DNA of 62,377 nt from Octopus bimaculoides. Its lineage: Eukaryota. The stretch spans positions 128,490,860 to 128,553,236 of the forward strand of contig NC_068984.1 in NCBI RefSeq assembly GCF_001194135.2, read 5' to 3'. Below the pieces are notes generated by a model, which searched no databases, had not been told where the DNA came from, and saw nothing but the letters and a program-made list of their open reading frames with translations. Shown here in pieces: positions 11,359 to 23,990 of the stretch; position 1 is the first letter of the stretch, and each line of letters opens with the position of its first letter. The translations under genes were made by a program, and so were the position numbers.

Positions 11359-11726
11359 GTCAGACGTTTTATATTTCACTCCAGTTTATATAAGGACGTC
11401 TGTCTTTGCTAAATTAATTAATGTGTATAACTATCTTGATTAAAACACCATTCTCCGCTTTCACTAATGTCATTTCGTTCACAGTTATCAAGAATCATTG
11501 TATACTTCAAAATTGTTACTGAACCAATTTTAAGATATAAAATTTAATTCTTCATAAAATCTCGTCAATTTTTATCTTTCAATTATTGATCACAGCCATT
11601 AAAAAGATATTTATAGTTCTTTCATGAGAATTATTTCTTAGCTATATTTCTGATTTAGGGTCCATCTCAATGTATATGAAATTTAGACTAGGTAATATTT
11701 TCTATCTTGTCACTCAATCTGTTTAA

Positions 11727-11910
11727 CCCTTAAGCATTCAGATTGTTTTGAATTAATCGTGCATTATCTTGTAGCTTTAAGATTTTAATGAGGGAACTTA
11801 ATTTTTTCAATGATATTGTAGGGTTGGTGTGAGAGGCCACATATGGCCAGTTTGAACATAAAACAGGTAGAATATTTTTGCCAGATTTGGCTGGTTTAAA
11901 CGCTAAAATG
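11727..11910. mobile_element. piggyBac-type MITE; related pieces near 13480-13640, 19945-20165, 33640-33720, 34335-34490 and 52172-52240
   Basis: TTAA|CCCTTAAGCATT at the left end; family right end GCTAAAGGG|TTAA is seen at about 33705-33720; shared internal sequence. Confidence 0.6.
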
Positions 11911-12613
11911 TTACTGTTATTCAATGTCTAAATTTTAAAATATTTTTCTATTTTTAACTTCATCTTTCACATTTGTGTCTTGCACTATATTATAGTTGGT
12001 TAATTCACCTTCCATCTCAGTGTGCCTTATTCTAAAATACATACATACACCTAGACTTTATTTTAATGTAGATTTTGATTATGAGGTTTAATGTGCTGGG
12101 CTACTACAAAGCCAAAAGCCCAGATCGTACTGTCATTGTGTTGTCTATCAAATTATATTTTAATTTATTTTTATCTTTTAGCCAAGGGTGGAAGGCAGTG
12201 CCTATGACCCTTTACAGAGCCTCTGTGACTGGCACCCTGTCAGTTATGACAATGAGAGTTCAGTTGATCTGATCAATGGAACAGCTTGCTCATAAAATTA
12301 ACCTACAAGTGACTGAGCACTCCACAGACATGTGTAGCCTTAATCCCCCCCTCAAAACTATTCTGTTTTAAGTCTTAAATCTTCACAGCATACCTCACAA
12401 TTTTAAATTTGAAGGTCACAGAAAGACTCGTAGTTTCTTTTGCTCAGTTATTTGCCATCAAAGATCTGCTGAGTTAGTGCTGAAAGGAACTACAGTTGAA
12501 TCTTTGGGGAACTGTTTAGTTCACTCAGATTTGTAGCTTGGGATATTACTATAACATAAATAAGTCTTCAAATTTTACTGCATGTTAGTAACAGTAACTA
12601 GTATCACTTAAAA

Positions 12614-13324
12614 CAGGGTTTCTCAACCATTTTTTTTACCTGTGGATCCCTTTTGATTATTTTTTTTTATTCCGGTGAATCTCCATAGCCATTCGATGTT
12701 TAAAAGCTAGTTTCATAGTCTCTTTTACTTGTTTCAGTCCTTTGACTGTGGCCATGCTGGATCGCCGCCTTTAGTCGAGCAAATCGACCCCGGGACTTAT
12801 TCTTTGTAAGCCTAGTACTTATTCTATCGGTCTCTTTTGCCGAACCGCTAAGTTACGGGGACCTAACAACATCAGCATCGGTTGTCAAGCTATGTTGGAG
12901 GGGCAAACACAGACACACAAACATACATATATATATATATATATATACGATGGGCTTCTTTCAGTTTTCATCTACCAAATCCNNNNNNNNNNATATATAT
13001 ATATACGATGGGCTTCTTTCAGTTTTCATCTACCAAATCCACTCACAAGGCTTTGGTTGGCCCGATGCCATAGTAGAAGGCACTGGTCCAAGGTACCACG
13101 CAGTGGGACTGAACCCGGAACCATGTGGTTGGTAAGCAAGCTACTTACCACACAACTACCCCTACGCCTATAAACTTCTTTCAAAATTTCTTTGTTGTTT
13201 CTTGCAATACATACATCTAAAGCAAAATTTTTTCACAGACCCTTTATAATACTGATGTAGATCCCCAATTATTTTGTTGCGTGGACCTCCAAAATCGTAT
13301 ATTGACCCTGGTTGAGAACCACTG
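12614..13324. mobile_element. hAT (Charlie-type) MITE with an internal SINE
   Basis: CAGGGTTTCTCAACC / GGTTGAGAACCACTG; TSD ACTTAAAA/ACTTTAAA (7/8). Confidence 0.8.
12719..13168 (-). mobile_element. SINE family 1, full length, inside hAT MITE
   Basis: Reverse complement of the family 1 sequence. Confidence 0.88.
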
Positions 13325-13741
13325 ACTTTAAACAAGAAAATAAATTTATGGCTTAGATAGAGTAGGAAGGGCAGTACTCATAATTTGGCTCAAACACTTG
13401 CAACTAAGCACCCTCTATTAAAGACCAGCTATAATTATCATAGCTGATTCTTCATATTAATTTGATACTACTTCTTTTAACCTATTAAGATTTAGAATGG
13501 CCATATCTAGTCCAAATATTCTAACTGTTTTATGCTCAAAGTGGCCGTATCCAACATAGAGTCCAGGACTGGCTGATTTTATTTTCAAACCAGACACATC
13601 CAGCCTCTCAAACCTTCTGTACAATGTCATGCTAAAAACAATTACATCATTGAAATCTCAAAACTATGAAATAACGTGAATAAATAAGCATTACCTCTGA
13701 CAATAATCTGAATGCTAACACACCAAAATGCACTGAAAGTG

Positions 13742-13795
<54 letters not shown>

Positions 13796-14760
13796 TACAT
13801 ATATATATATATGTAGTTTTCATGTAAACTTTCTGTGAACATTACTTCATTTACTTCTGTTATAAATCAATCAATGTATGCAGAGTATATTTGTACTCCT
13901 GATCTATTAAAATGAACAGGACTTAATGTTAAAATGAAGCTAATATTATGCCTATATATTGTTGCTAGCCATTGCAGTTCACTGCAATCTAAGTGGTCAT
14001 AGATATGACATTCCCTTTCTTTGTAGTTTTTTTTTACGAAATAAAAAAATATTTTCATATTTTTCTATATGTGGAACATGTTTTTTATGAGTAATACTTG
14101 CCAGTAATTTCAATGTTTCATTTAGCAGACATACCTACAATAGTTATGAAGCTTCAATTCATGTTAGTTTCAAATCCAGGGGTTTTGAACCCAGTGTATC
14201 AAGAGGCAGATGCAAGCATGGCTGTGTATTTAGAAGTTTGCTTCCCAACCGTGTGGTTTTGGGTTCAGTCTTATTGTGTAGCACCTTGGGCAAATGTTTT
14301 CTAATATAGGCTTGACTGACCAGTGCCTTGTGAGTGGATCTGGTAGAAGGAAACTGAAAGAAGTCCATCACATACATATATATGAGTGTGTGTATGTATG
14401 TAGGTGTGTGTAATATATATATGGCATGTAAAAAGCACCCTTCAAATGTTGGGCATCATGGAGGTAATGACAAGTGACTGAGACCATTGGCGATATGCCG
14501 TGCTTGAGAGAACTTGTCAGGCCAAGAGAAATCGTAGTTGTGGCTGATGCCAGTGTCACATAACTGACACATAAAAAGCTCCCATTAGACTCTTGAAGTG
14601 GTTGGCATTAGGAGAGGCATCCAGCCATAGAAACTATGCTGAATTAGACTGGAACTTGGTGCAACTTACCAGTTTCAGTCAATCTCTCTAACCCATGCCA
14701 GCATGGAAAGCAGATGCTAAATGATGATAATGATGGTATGTGTATGTATGTAAGTACATG

Positions 14761-15005
14761 CAGGGTGTCCCAGAATTAACTATAGTTACAAGGTGGTGTT
14801 GAAAAGTTCCTGGCATTAAGGGTATCAAAAGACCTGGTTAGTGGCCCAAACTCTGAGTTCTTTTACAGGGATAAGAAAAACTGAGAAAGGAATATGTTGA
14901 ATAAGCTCATAATTAACTGATTCTCCTGTATTTTCTTTTACTCAAAGCCAGTAACTTTTCAGCACCCCCTCGTAATTCATAGATAGTTAATACTGGGGCA
15001 CCTTG
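14761..15005. mobile_element. Tiny Tc1/mariner-type MITE containing a second mariner-type MITE (14789-14972)
   Basis: Outer CAGGGTGTCCCAGAATTAACTAT / ATAGTTAATACTGGGGCACCTTG. Inner CAAGGTGGTGTTGAAAAGTT / AACTTTTCAGCACCCCCTCG with TA on both sides. Another inner-family end starts near 4888. Confidence 0.75.
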
Positions 15006-16180
15006 TATATAGTATGTGATGCCTTAGAATTGCATGATAGATGTAAACAAGTATTACTGTCACTTAAGTGGTATCATTCATTTCCAGTCTTTTGTACAAA
15101 CATATCTGGTCATTTGGAAAACAATACTTCACTTGGAAACAGGTGACAAGAAGAGCATAAATCAGCCCTGATTTAGCAGGTCTATGCTGAAATGCATTCC
15201 AACTTTGATATTCTTGGCTTTTTGTTTATCCAAAGATTACATTGTCCAAAGTATCTTTCCATTTTTAAGATAATATACCATGATTTGGCTGCTATTTTTT
15301 GCAGGCTGGCTTGTAAAACAGTTTTTTATCACTTGGTGTATAATAGAAAAAGACTTTAAAATTTTAGAAAATGATGTCTTCTATCTAAGTTCAGTTTATT
15401 AAACTCCTTTTTTTTTTTACTGTATGAGTTGCATAATTTTGATTAAAATTGTAATGACATGAGTTTGATTTCATATCAATACTGACATGTATACACAGAC
15501 AGACACACACACACACACCTGATGGGCTTTATATACTTTCTGTCTAACAAATTCACTCACTAGGCATTGATCATAGCTATATTAGGAAACATGTGCCCAA
15601 GGGTTGTTCAGGGGAACTGGACCCCAAACCATATAGCTGGGAAGAAGATAAAGATGATAGTAATAGGGTGTCAGAGCAAACTCTCAAGATACAAGAAGAT
15701 GAACTTAAGAGAGGATACAGACAGCGAATAAAATGGTTGTGGAGAGGATGCCCTGCAATAAACATGTTTTCAAGTGATAAATATGACAAGAAAAAATAGA
15801 TGAAATGAAATAACAAATAAATCAACATTAAAAAAAAATGAATAAATAAAAAACAAATTAAAACCTTTAGTATTTGATTGACAGACCAGTTAAAATAAAT
15901 TTAGTTTTGTTTATATCAGTAACCATAATAGAGGTCTGATTGAAATGAACAAGTTTTAAATGTCAAATTTCTGAACTTAGAAAAATGATATATGCTCAAC
16001 AGTTTGTTGATTTGTAGATCTTGAGCTGGAAAAAATAAATGTTAAAAAAGAAAAAAAAAGCATATTTCTGAAATCACAGCAGCAGTTTTGTGGAAGATTT
16101 TTTGAGAGTAAAATAATGTCAAAGTCACAAGTACAAATAATGTCAAATGTATTTATACATCAGGTATAAATAGTAAAAAA

Positions 16181-19100
16181 TTAGTGATGGTTTGTTAGGT
16201 GAGGAAAAACACATGGTAAGTTTCCAAATCTTCTCTCTGCTCGAGCAAATGGAGCTACACAAGTAGCATGTTTGCGCACGAATTTTTCTGGAGGATATTT
16301 TGTAAAGTCAAGCCGATAAATTGTATTGTATGTATCTTCATCATCTCTCAGATTTTTGACCCACTTTTTCCTTAAAGCTTTAAGCAAACCAAATTGTGTT
16401 GGGGCTCCTGAAAGTAGAAAATTTTAATCGGAAGCATTAGGATTGTTTTACAATCCTAGTTAGATTTATGGATAAATAAGAAATGTATTCATAGCAAATG
16501 TATTTTACTCAGGTCTATCTGAGACAAGTATCTCTTACAGTAAATGTACCCAATTCCATTTTGAAAATTGAAAAACAGAAATAGCAGAACGCTGATGCAA
16601 GTGATAAGAACTACTCAGTGTACAGGTTATGGACACGTTTAGTGTTCGGGGGTGGAGATTAATGAAAGACAGGAGACTGCTGATGATCATAATAATAATA
16701 ATAATAATAATAATGGTTTCAAATTTTGGCACAAGGCTAGCAATTTCAGGATAGGGGTAAGTCAATTATATTGACCTCAGTACTCAACTGGTTCTTATAT
16801 TATCAACCCCAAAATGATAAAAGGCAAAGTCAACCTTGGCAGAATTTGAACTCAGAATGTAATGGAAGATGAAATGCCACTAAGCATTTTGTCTGGCATG
16901 CTAATGATTCCGTCAGCTTGTTTGGTGATATACTGTGCTTGAGAAGACTCATCAAACCAAGTCAAACCGTGGTCATGGCTGTTGCCAGTGTTATGGAAAC
17001 GGCACCCATATAATCGTAGCCATGGTTGTTGCCGATGTCATGTAAATAGCACCTGTGACAGTGGCATGTAGAAAGCACCAAGCACATTCTTGGAGTGGTT
17101 GGCATTAGGAAGGGCATCCAGCCATAGAAACCATGTCAAATCAGACTGGAACTTGGTACAGCTCTCTGGTTCACAAGTTGCAGTCAAACCATCTAACCCA
17201 TGCTAGCATGGAAAGCTGACATTAAATGAATAATAATAATAATAACAATCCTTTCTACTATAGGCACAAGGCCTGAAATTAGGTGGAGGGGACTAGATGA
17301 TTACATCGACCCCCCAGTATTTCACTGGTATTTAATCTAATGACCCCGAAAGGATGAAAGGCAAAGTTGACCTTAGTAGAATATGAACTCAGAACATTGC
17401 AGCAGACAAAATACCGCTAAGCATTTCACCTGGTGTGGTAATGATTCTGCCAGCTCACCACCTTAATAATAATAATAATAATGTCAAATTTTCTTTGTTT
17501 TCATAAGTCAGACAAGAGTATGTTGAGGAAGAGTTTCCTACTGCTGGACACCCCTCATGGTACCAACCCCAATGTATTTCCGAGTGGCATAGTAATCTCC
17601 CAGTCTATTGATCAACAAATAGCTTAGACATGTTTTATGCGGAAAACTAGAAACAAACAAAACTGTAGGAAAGAGTCTTTTATTTATGAAGATTGTACAA
17701 CATGTTAAGACATATCAAGAAATGTGAATGAGCTTTTGTGGTGGTTTGCAAAGCAAATGACAGCATAAATGAAGTCACTGTTTACGATCTGTGAACAAAC
17801 ACATATAGATAGGGGAAATATAAATTCATTTACACAAACACACACAGAAACATGACAGGTTTCTTTCAGTTTCCACTCATAGGACTTTAGACAACCTCAG
17901 GCTACAGTAGAAGATATTTGCTCAAGGTGGGGATCGAATTTGACCGTGAAAAATATGTTGCATCACCAGTAACAGGCCGTGGTGGTTAGTATATTAAAGT
18001 TTGCTGCACCTCCCCACTGTTCTGCATCCCTCTACTTTCCCCAACTCATACATGATTATTTTTCTTTCGTTTTCCTGAGTCATGTAGACTCATAGGGCTG
18101 CTTTCATATAGACTGGAGTCATATAGACTCATAGGGCTGGTTTCCACGGTGTATATATATTCTCCAGAGGCGCAATGGCCCAGTGGTTAGGGCAGTGGAC
18201 TCGCGGTCATAGGATCATGGTTTCGATTCCCAGACCGGGCATTGTGAGTGTTTATTAAGCGAAAACACTTAAAGCTCCACGAGGCTCCGGCAGGGGATGG
18301 TGGTGAACCCTACTGTACTCTTTCACCACAACTTTCTCTCACTCTTTCTTCCTATTTCTGTTGTACCTGTATTTCAAAGGGCCAGCCTTGTCACACTCTG
18401 TGTCACGCTGAATATCCCCGAGAACTACGTTAAGAGTACACGTGTCTGTGGAGTGCTCAGCCACTTGCATGTTAATTTCACGAGCAGGCTGTTCTGTTGA
18501 CCGGATCAACTGGAACCCTCGATGTCGTAAGCGACAGAGTGTCAACAACAACAACAACAATATATTCTCCATCTGGATGGTGGGGCCGCTTTGTTAGAGG
18601 ATTACTCATTTTTACCAGTTGAGTGAACTGAAGCAATGTGAAAGGAAGTGTTTTGTCCAAGGACACAACAGATCGCACGGTTCAGGAATCGAAACCACAA
18701 TCTTACAATCATGAGTCCGACACGCTAAGCTACATGCTTCCACTCTCATACATCATTGGTCATCTATCACTCCCTACATCCACTCTGTATGGTTGTTACC
18801 CACCTCTCCCCAATCTCCAATCCCTTGCAAATACCAACTTACCTAGTTCCTCTGTCCCAACACACGTCTACTCACCTCCCGCCTTGGGAAGTCACCTGGA
18901 CTTGCAGCTCCTGCTGATCATTCTCGCTCTTTCTCCTAAGGGTGAGTAACCATGGAGCATTTATACAAGATTCTGCTTGCTCCACCCTCCTCCCATCATA
19001 TTTTAACCTCATCATCTCCTTGCATAAATGCCTACCCACCAATAAATTCTGTAGTCTTGCAAGTTGTATGGTAACCTCACTAGTGCTGGTGGTATGAAAA

Positions 19101-20602
19101 AAGCACCCAGTACTTATAGTAAAGTGGTTGGCAATAGAAAAGGCATCCAGACATAGAGATCATGCCAATGCAAACATTGGAGCTCGGCTTGGTCTTTGGA
19201 CTTATTGGATCCTGTCAAACCATCCAACTCATGTCAGTATGGAACACAGATATTAAATGACGGCGAGCTGGCAGAAACGTTAGCACGCCGGGCGAAATGC
19301 TTAACAGTATTTCGTCTGCCACTACGTTCTGAGTTCAAATTCCGCCGAGGCCGACTTAGCCTTTCATCCTTTCAGGGGTCGATTAAATAAGTACCAGTTA
19401 TTCAACGGGTTTGTTATAATCGACTTAATCCGTTTGTCTGTCCTTGTTTGTCCCCTCTATGTTTAGCCCCTTGTGGGCAATAAAGAAATAAGATATTGAA
19501 TGACAATGGTGATGATTAGCTAAAATCAATATCAGAAACTTTGCTCTGAACAACTATGTTTTCTAATTACAAATTTGTACCATACAGTCTTTGGAGTAAA
19601 AAGTAAATAACTTGAGGCAAAAACTGCATAAACAGAATTAAACTTTTAGTGTTCATATTCTAACAAATGCAATGCTTATTTTTATTACTGTTTTCATAAC
19701 AAGGTGAGTAACCACGAAGCTTTTATACAAGATTCTGCTTGCTCCACCCTCCTCCTATCATATTTTAACCTCATCATCTCCTTGCATAAATGCCTACCCA
19801 CCAATAAATTCTGTAGTCTTGCAAGTTGTATGGTAACCTCACTAGTGCTGGCGGTATGAAAAAAGCACCCACTACTTATAGTAAAGTGGTTGGCAATAGA
19901 AAAGGCATCCAGACATAGAGATCATGCTAATGCAAACATTGTTAGAATTGTTTAGAATTAATCATGCATTACTTTGTTTAGAATTGTTTAGAATTAATCA
20001 TGTCACATTGTTTAGAATTAATCATGCATTACCTCGTAACCTCAAGATTTCAATGATGACTGTTTATATTTAGAATGACATTGTAAAGTAGGTGTTAGAG
20101 GCTGGATCTAAAACAGGTAGAATATTTTGGCCAGATATATGACTGGTCTACATGCTAAAGGGCTATACATGTTTATGAAAACAGTAATAAAATATTGGGA
20201 ACTTTACCAAAATAAGGATGGTCACTCTTTTCAGGAATCCAGGCATCGTGTGTAAAATTCCAGGTTCGTAAAGTCGGTAAATTTTTTTCTCTCCAACGTT
20301 GGTTATAATCCTCATCATACATTGTAATCTGATTATTGTTGTATATGTCACTGTAATTGGTTATAAGATCCTCTCCAACGCCTGTGTTGTTCCTCAGTTT
20401 GTTTTGGAGAGCTTTCTGTCTGTCAGGTAGATATGAACTTGTCTTTGGTCGTAGGCATTCTGCCTCTTCAGCTTGGTCTCTGTTCCACTGAAAGTGAAAT
20501 GTATTTGGCCTATCAATAAAGTACAATGTGTACACTCTTACATACGCCGTAGCTAAAGTTATTTCAATAAATGAGTTTCAGAAGCATAAAAGATTCTGTG
20601 GT

Positions 20603-20653
<51 letters not shown>

Positions 20654-23600
20654 CGTCGTTTATCGTCGTTTAACGTCCGCTTTCCATGCTAGCATGGATT
20701 GGACGATTTGACTGAGGACTGGTGGCAACACCAGGCTCCAATCTGATTTGGCAAAGTTTCTACAGCTGGATGCCCTTCCTAATGCCAACCACTCAGAGAG
20801 TGTAGTGGGTGATTTTACGTGCCAACCACATGCTTCAGGTTCATTCCCACTGCATGGCACCTTGAGCAAGTGTCTTCTACTATAGCTTCAGGCTTGGTAG
20901 ACAGTAACCCTAACCCTAACCCTAAAACCCTAAAGCTAAAACCAGAACAAGCGCACGAACGATGTCATAAATAACAGTACCACCAATAGTTGTTGTTGAC
21001 AAACAACGGCACTAATTTTATTCAAGGGAAAAGATCCCATTACACCGCTAGAACGTGTTGTTTACATTCCACAGCAGTAATTGTTTTCACCTCAATAGAC
21101 GTAAGTGATTGGTTGAAATTACCGAAATACGACAACTTTTAACATGAAATAACTTCGAATATAAAATTTTTTCTCTGTTCTATAAGACAAAATATACAAG
21201 TGTATGAAGTTTGAAAGTGTTTCGGTAGAAAACACACTAAATAAAACATAAATAAAAAGTAGCGCCCGCTAAATCAGAAAGATCCGAAAGTTTTTGTTTA
21301 TGATTTTTTTGGATAATCTCTGTTGACCAACATTTTTCATGTCGCTGCATAACATATGTGCGATGTTATTGCACCCAAGACCGGATTTAGCCCAAGTGGG
21401 GCCCCTGAGCCAATAGGTTTTGAAGGCCCTTACGATTTTGCGTATGCAATTTTCAACTGTTTAGATATAAACAATCGGAATGTGCATTGTAAAAACAAAT
21501 ATAACGTTGTAAATTGTTGTTGGCACTCCGTCGCTTACGACGTCGAGGGTTCCAGTTGCTGCCTGCTCGTGAAATTAACGTGCAAATGGCTGAGCACTCC
21601 ACAGACACGTGTACCCTTAACGTAGTTCTCGGGGATATTCAGTATGACACAGTGTGACAAGGCTGACCCTTTGAATTACAGGCACAACAGAAACAGGAAG
21701 TAAGTGTGAGAGAAAGTTGTGGTGAAAGAGTACAGCAGGGTTCACCACCATCCCCTGCCGGAGCCTCGTGGAGCATTAGGTGTTTTCGCTCAATAAACAT
21801 TCACAACGCCCGGTCTGGGAATCGAAACCGCGATCCTATGATCGTGAGTCCGCTGCCCTAACCACTGGGCCATTGCGCCTCCACAACGTTGTAAATAATC
21901 TAAATACAAAGAACATATATAATTTCAATCAATTTTGCATTTTCCTAAAATGTTTTTGCATATTCCATAACTTTAACAAATTCCAACATTTTCTGACATG
22001 TTGATGTTTGGATAATGTTTTGGGCCTAATTGCCCTCTGATTAAATGAGAAGAAACATGGTCAAAGTATTTTTTTAAAAAAAAGGCACTACTTTAAAGAG
22101 CTAATTCAAAACACANNNNNNNNNNTATGGCTTTCTAAATTTAAAAGGGCCCAGTAAATCTAAAGAGGGCTCCATAATTTTAAAAAGAACACTATAGGGA
22201 ATTTAAAAAATTACAAATTTTTATTTGATCGCTGTAAATGTATTTTTTAAATTTTAACTTCAAGCTTTAGGCTTCACCAACCCAAGCTTGGAGGCCCTTG
22301 AACCATAGCTCATATATAAATCCAGCCCTGACTGTACCAGTATATCATATATGCCAGTGGTTCCCAAACTTTTTAGAGACGCGACCCACTATTTATGACA
22401 CCAGTTTATGGCGACCCACTTTAACTCTACTGGGTAAAAACATTAATGAAAGAAACAAAACGTTTTATAACTGTTTCAACGTCTCCATACCCTATGGGCA
22501 GGTATTAACTCTAATACAAAACCTCGAAGCAGTAACTGTTATCGGCTCGATCAGTGTTGTACTGCGCCTAGTTAAAGTTCTCTATAAATAGGTAAAAACA
22601 GACTTTTCTATTTTACGATTACGTACGAATAAATAACTTGAGAAAATGACCACCTCTGATTTGTTAAGTTCGTGAAAAAAGCCTACTGCTTGATAAAACA
22701 ACCAGTCTGGTATTGAAAACGTGAGTTTTGAACTATCTCGATAGATAGCAGTTAATCAAAGCTAATGCGTAATTTTATAACTTTTTGCGACCCACTAGGA
22801 TTCCGTTCGCGACCCAACAGTGGGTCGCGACTCATAGTTTGGGAACCACTGATATATGCAAAAGCACGCTGGGCGGACCAATGAAAACAACTCTTACTCG
22901 ATCAACTAGAAATACCGGCAAAATATCCCTTAAATATACACCCACTGTCTTAAAACGAAAAGGCTATATTGGATAATACTGTGGGTCCTAGATGCCCCTA
23001 AAAAAATGGGAAGTCACAATTGGGAAAGCTGTGATTCTGAGCTAAACAACAACATAAAATATACTCAAAGTTAATAGACTTTGTTACGATAAGTTAATTT
23101 TTTTCAACACGAATGCTCCTGAGTTCCATGCGAAACTCCTACAGAATCATTCAAATTGCTCAAGGCAGCTGCCAAGCATCACTCAACAAATACCTAACCA
23201 TCTTTACAATATAGATCACGTTTTAAGAGCTAAATTTTAATCCCACAATGAAGATAGAATGATCAGTCTAGTAAAATTCATGTTAAGGCGTTTTACAATC
23301 TCTGTTGCTGTTGTTGTAGGCTAATATCCAGCGGGAAACATGAATGAGAAGAATGTCCTTAAGAGATGAGATTCTAGAGAAGCGTCGAGCAGTAAGATAC
23401 ATGGAAAGTGAGAAAGAGTGTAGATATATATGGGAAAGAAATGATTTAGTTGTGTTCAAAACTGAGTGTAGGATGGTGCGAAAGGAAACACGGTGTTTCA
23501 GTAAGGTTAGACGAGGGAGACATGGTGTTAAGAATAAAGATGTAAAATTAAAGCAACTAAAGAAACAAAAATAGCTTATTCTATTGTGTATAAGTTCAAA

Positions 23601-23840
23601 CCTCACCGATAGTCTATTCTCAGTCCAGTTTCCAGTCAATACTATGGGAGAAAAATATCTTTCTAGCTTCCAACTGGGGTCAGCAACACCAGGAGGCTGC
23701 GCATAGCCCAGGTCTATAGTCCTTTGATAGTACAAGCCTCCAGGGTGACAAACATTTACGTCCCTTGTTAAACCTGTTGACACGGGTGGCAAACGATTGA
23801 CTTGATAATTGTGAGGGTTGTCTTTTAACTTTAGGTCCAT
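16181..23840 (-). CDS. CFAP107: Cilia- and flagella-associated protein 107 (C1orf158) homolog, 246 aa; exons 23840-23607, 20487-20208, 16407-16181
   Basis: Three exons (234+280+227 = 741 nt) with GT/AG and matching phases (0, 1). Motifs PSWKLERYFSPIVLTGNWTENR and ITMYDEDYN...LPTLRTWN...WIPEKSDHPYFGAPTQFGL match remembered human PSWQIETKYSTKVLTGNWMEER and ISTYDDHYN...LPPLRTWN...WLPEKSDFPLLAPPTNYGL. An RFX X-box lies upstream. Confidence 0.88.
18167..18559 (+). mobile_element. SINE family 2 (tRNA-like head, (CAA)n tail) with 12-bp TSD
   Basis: ATATATTCTCCA at 18155-18166 and 18560-18571; inserted into another SINE-like repeat (about 18100-18740, minus). Confidence 0.9.
18941..19941. repeat. 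239-bp direct duplication (18941-19179 and 19703-19941) in CFAP107 intron 2
   Basis: Hand alignment gives seven substitutions and no indels. Confidence 0.9.
19261..19497 (+). mobile_element. SINE family 3. Other copies at about 2331-2532(+), 16722-16920(-), 17255-17463(-), 25316-25512(-), 38186-38390(+), 42686-42905(+) and 61683-61880(-)
   Basis: GGCGAGCTGGCAGAA...GAGTTCAAATTCCGCCGAGG...TTTCATCCTTTC...AAATAAGTACCAGT; B-box-like GAGTTCAAAT. Confidence 0.85.
20905..20932. repeat. Short interstitial (TAACCC)n tract
   Basis: AGTAACCCTAACCCTAACCCTAAAACCC. Confidence 0.7.
21376..22330. mobile_element. hAT-type MITE, older, containing a SINE
   Basis: Ends CAAGACCGGATTTA / TAAATCCAGCCCTG (11/14); flanks ATTGCACC/ACTGTACC (6/8). 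Confidence 0.6.
21515..21884 (-). mobile_element. SINE family 2 with 12-bp TSD
   Basis: AACGTTGTAAAT at 21503-21514 and 21885-21896. Confidence 0.9.
22355..22851. mobile_element. hAT (Charlie-type) MITE, 497 bp
   Basis: TIRs CAGTGGTTCCCAAACT / AGTTTGGGAACCACTG; perfect 8-bp TSD ATATATGC on both sides. Confidence 0.92.
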
Positions 23841-23977
23841 GATAATGATAATTACAAGTATAGAAATATAACCTTCTATTAAGCAATTTATTCTGGGAAT
23901 TGACAAATGCTGATTATACTTATACGTTCTTTCTACGAAAAGACAAAGTGTAAAGTGTTTGCTAAGCGTTAGGAACC

Positions 23978-23990
23978 GTTGCCGGGCAAC
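23978..23990. promoter_or_regulatory. RFX X-box (GTTGCCGGGCAAC), about 140 bp upstream of the CFAP107 ATG
   Basis: Palindromic match to GTNRCC-N(0-3)-RGYAAC. A forkhead-type TGTTTGC lies at 23956-23962. The downstream gene is ciliary. Confidence 0.75.

Noticed and set aside
12940-13040. Direct repeats flanking 10-N gaps (also 51014-51123)
   Set aside because: Identical sequence on both sides of a minimal gap indicates unmerged contig overlap, not duplication.
15593-15799. Acidic/basic ORF suggesting an exon
   Set aside because: No homology or phase link to either neighbouring gene.
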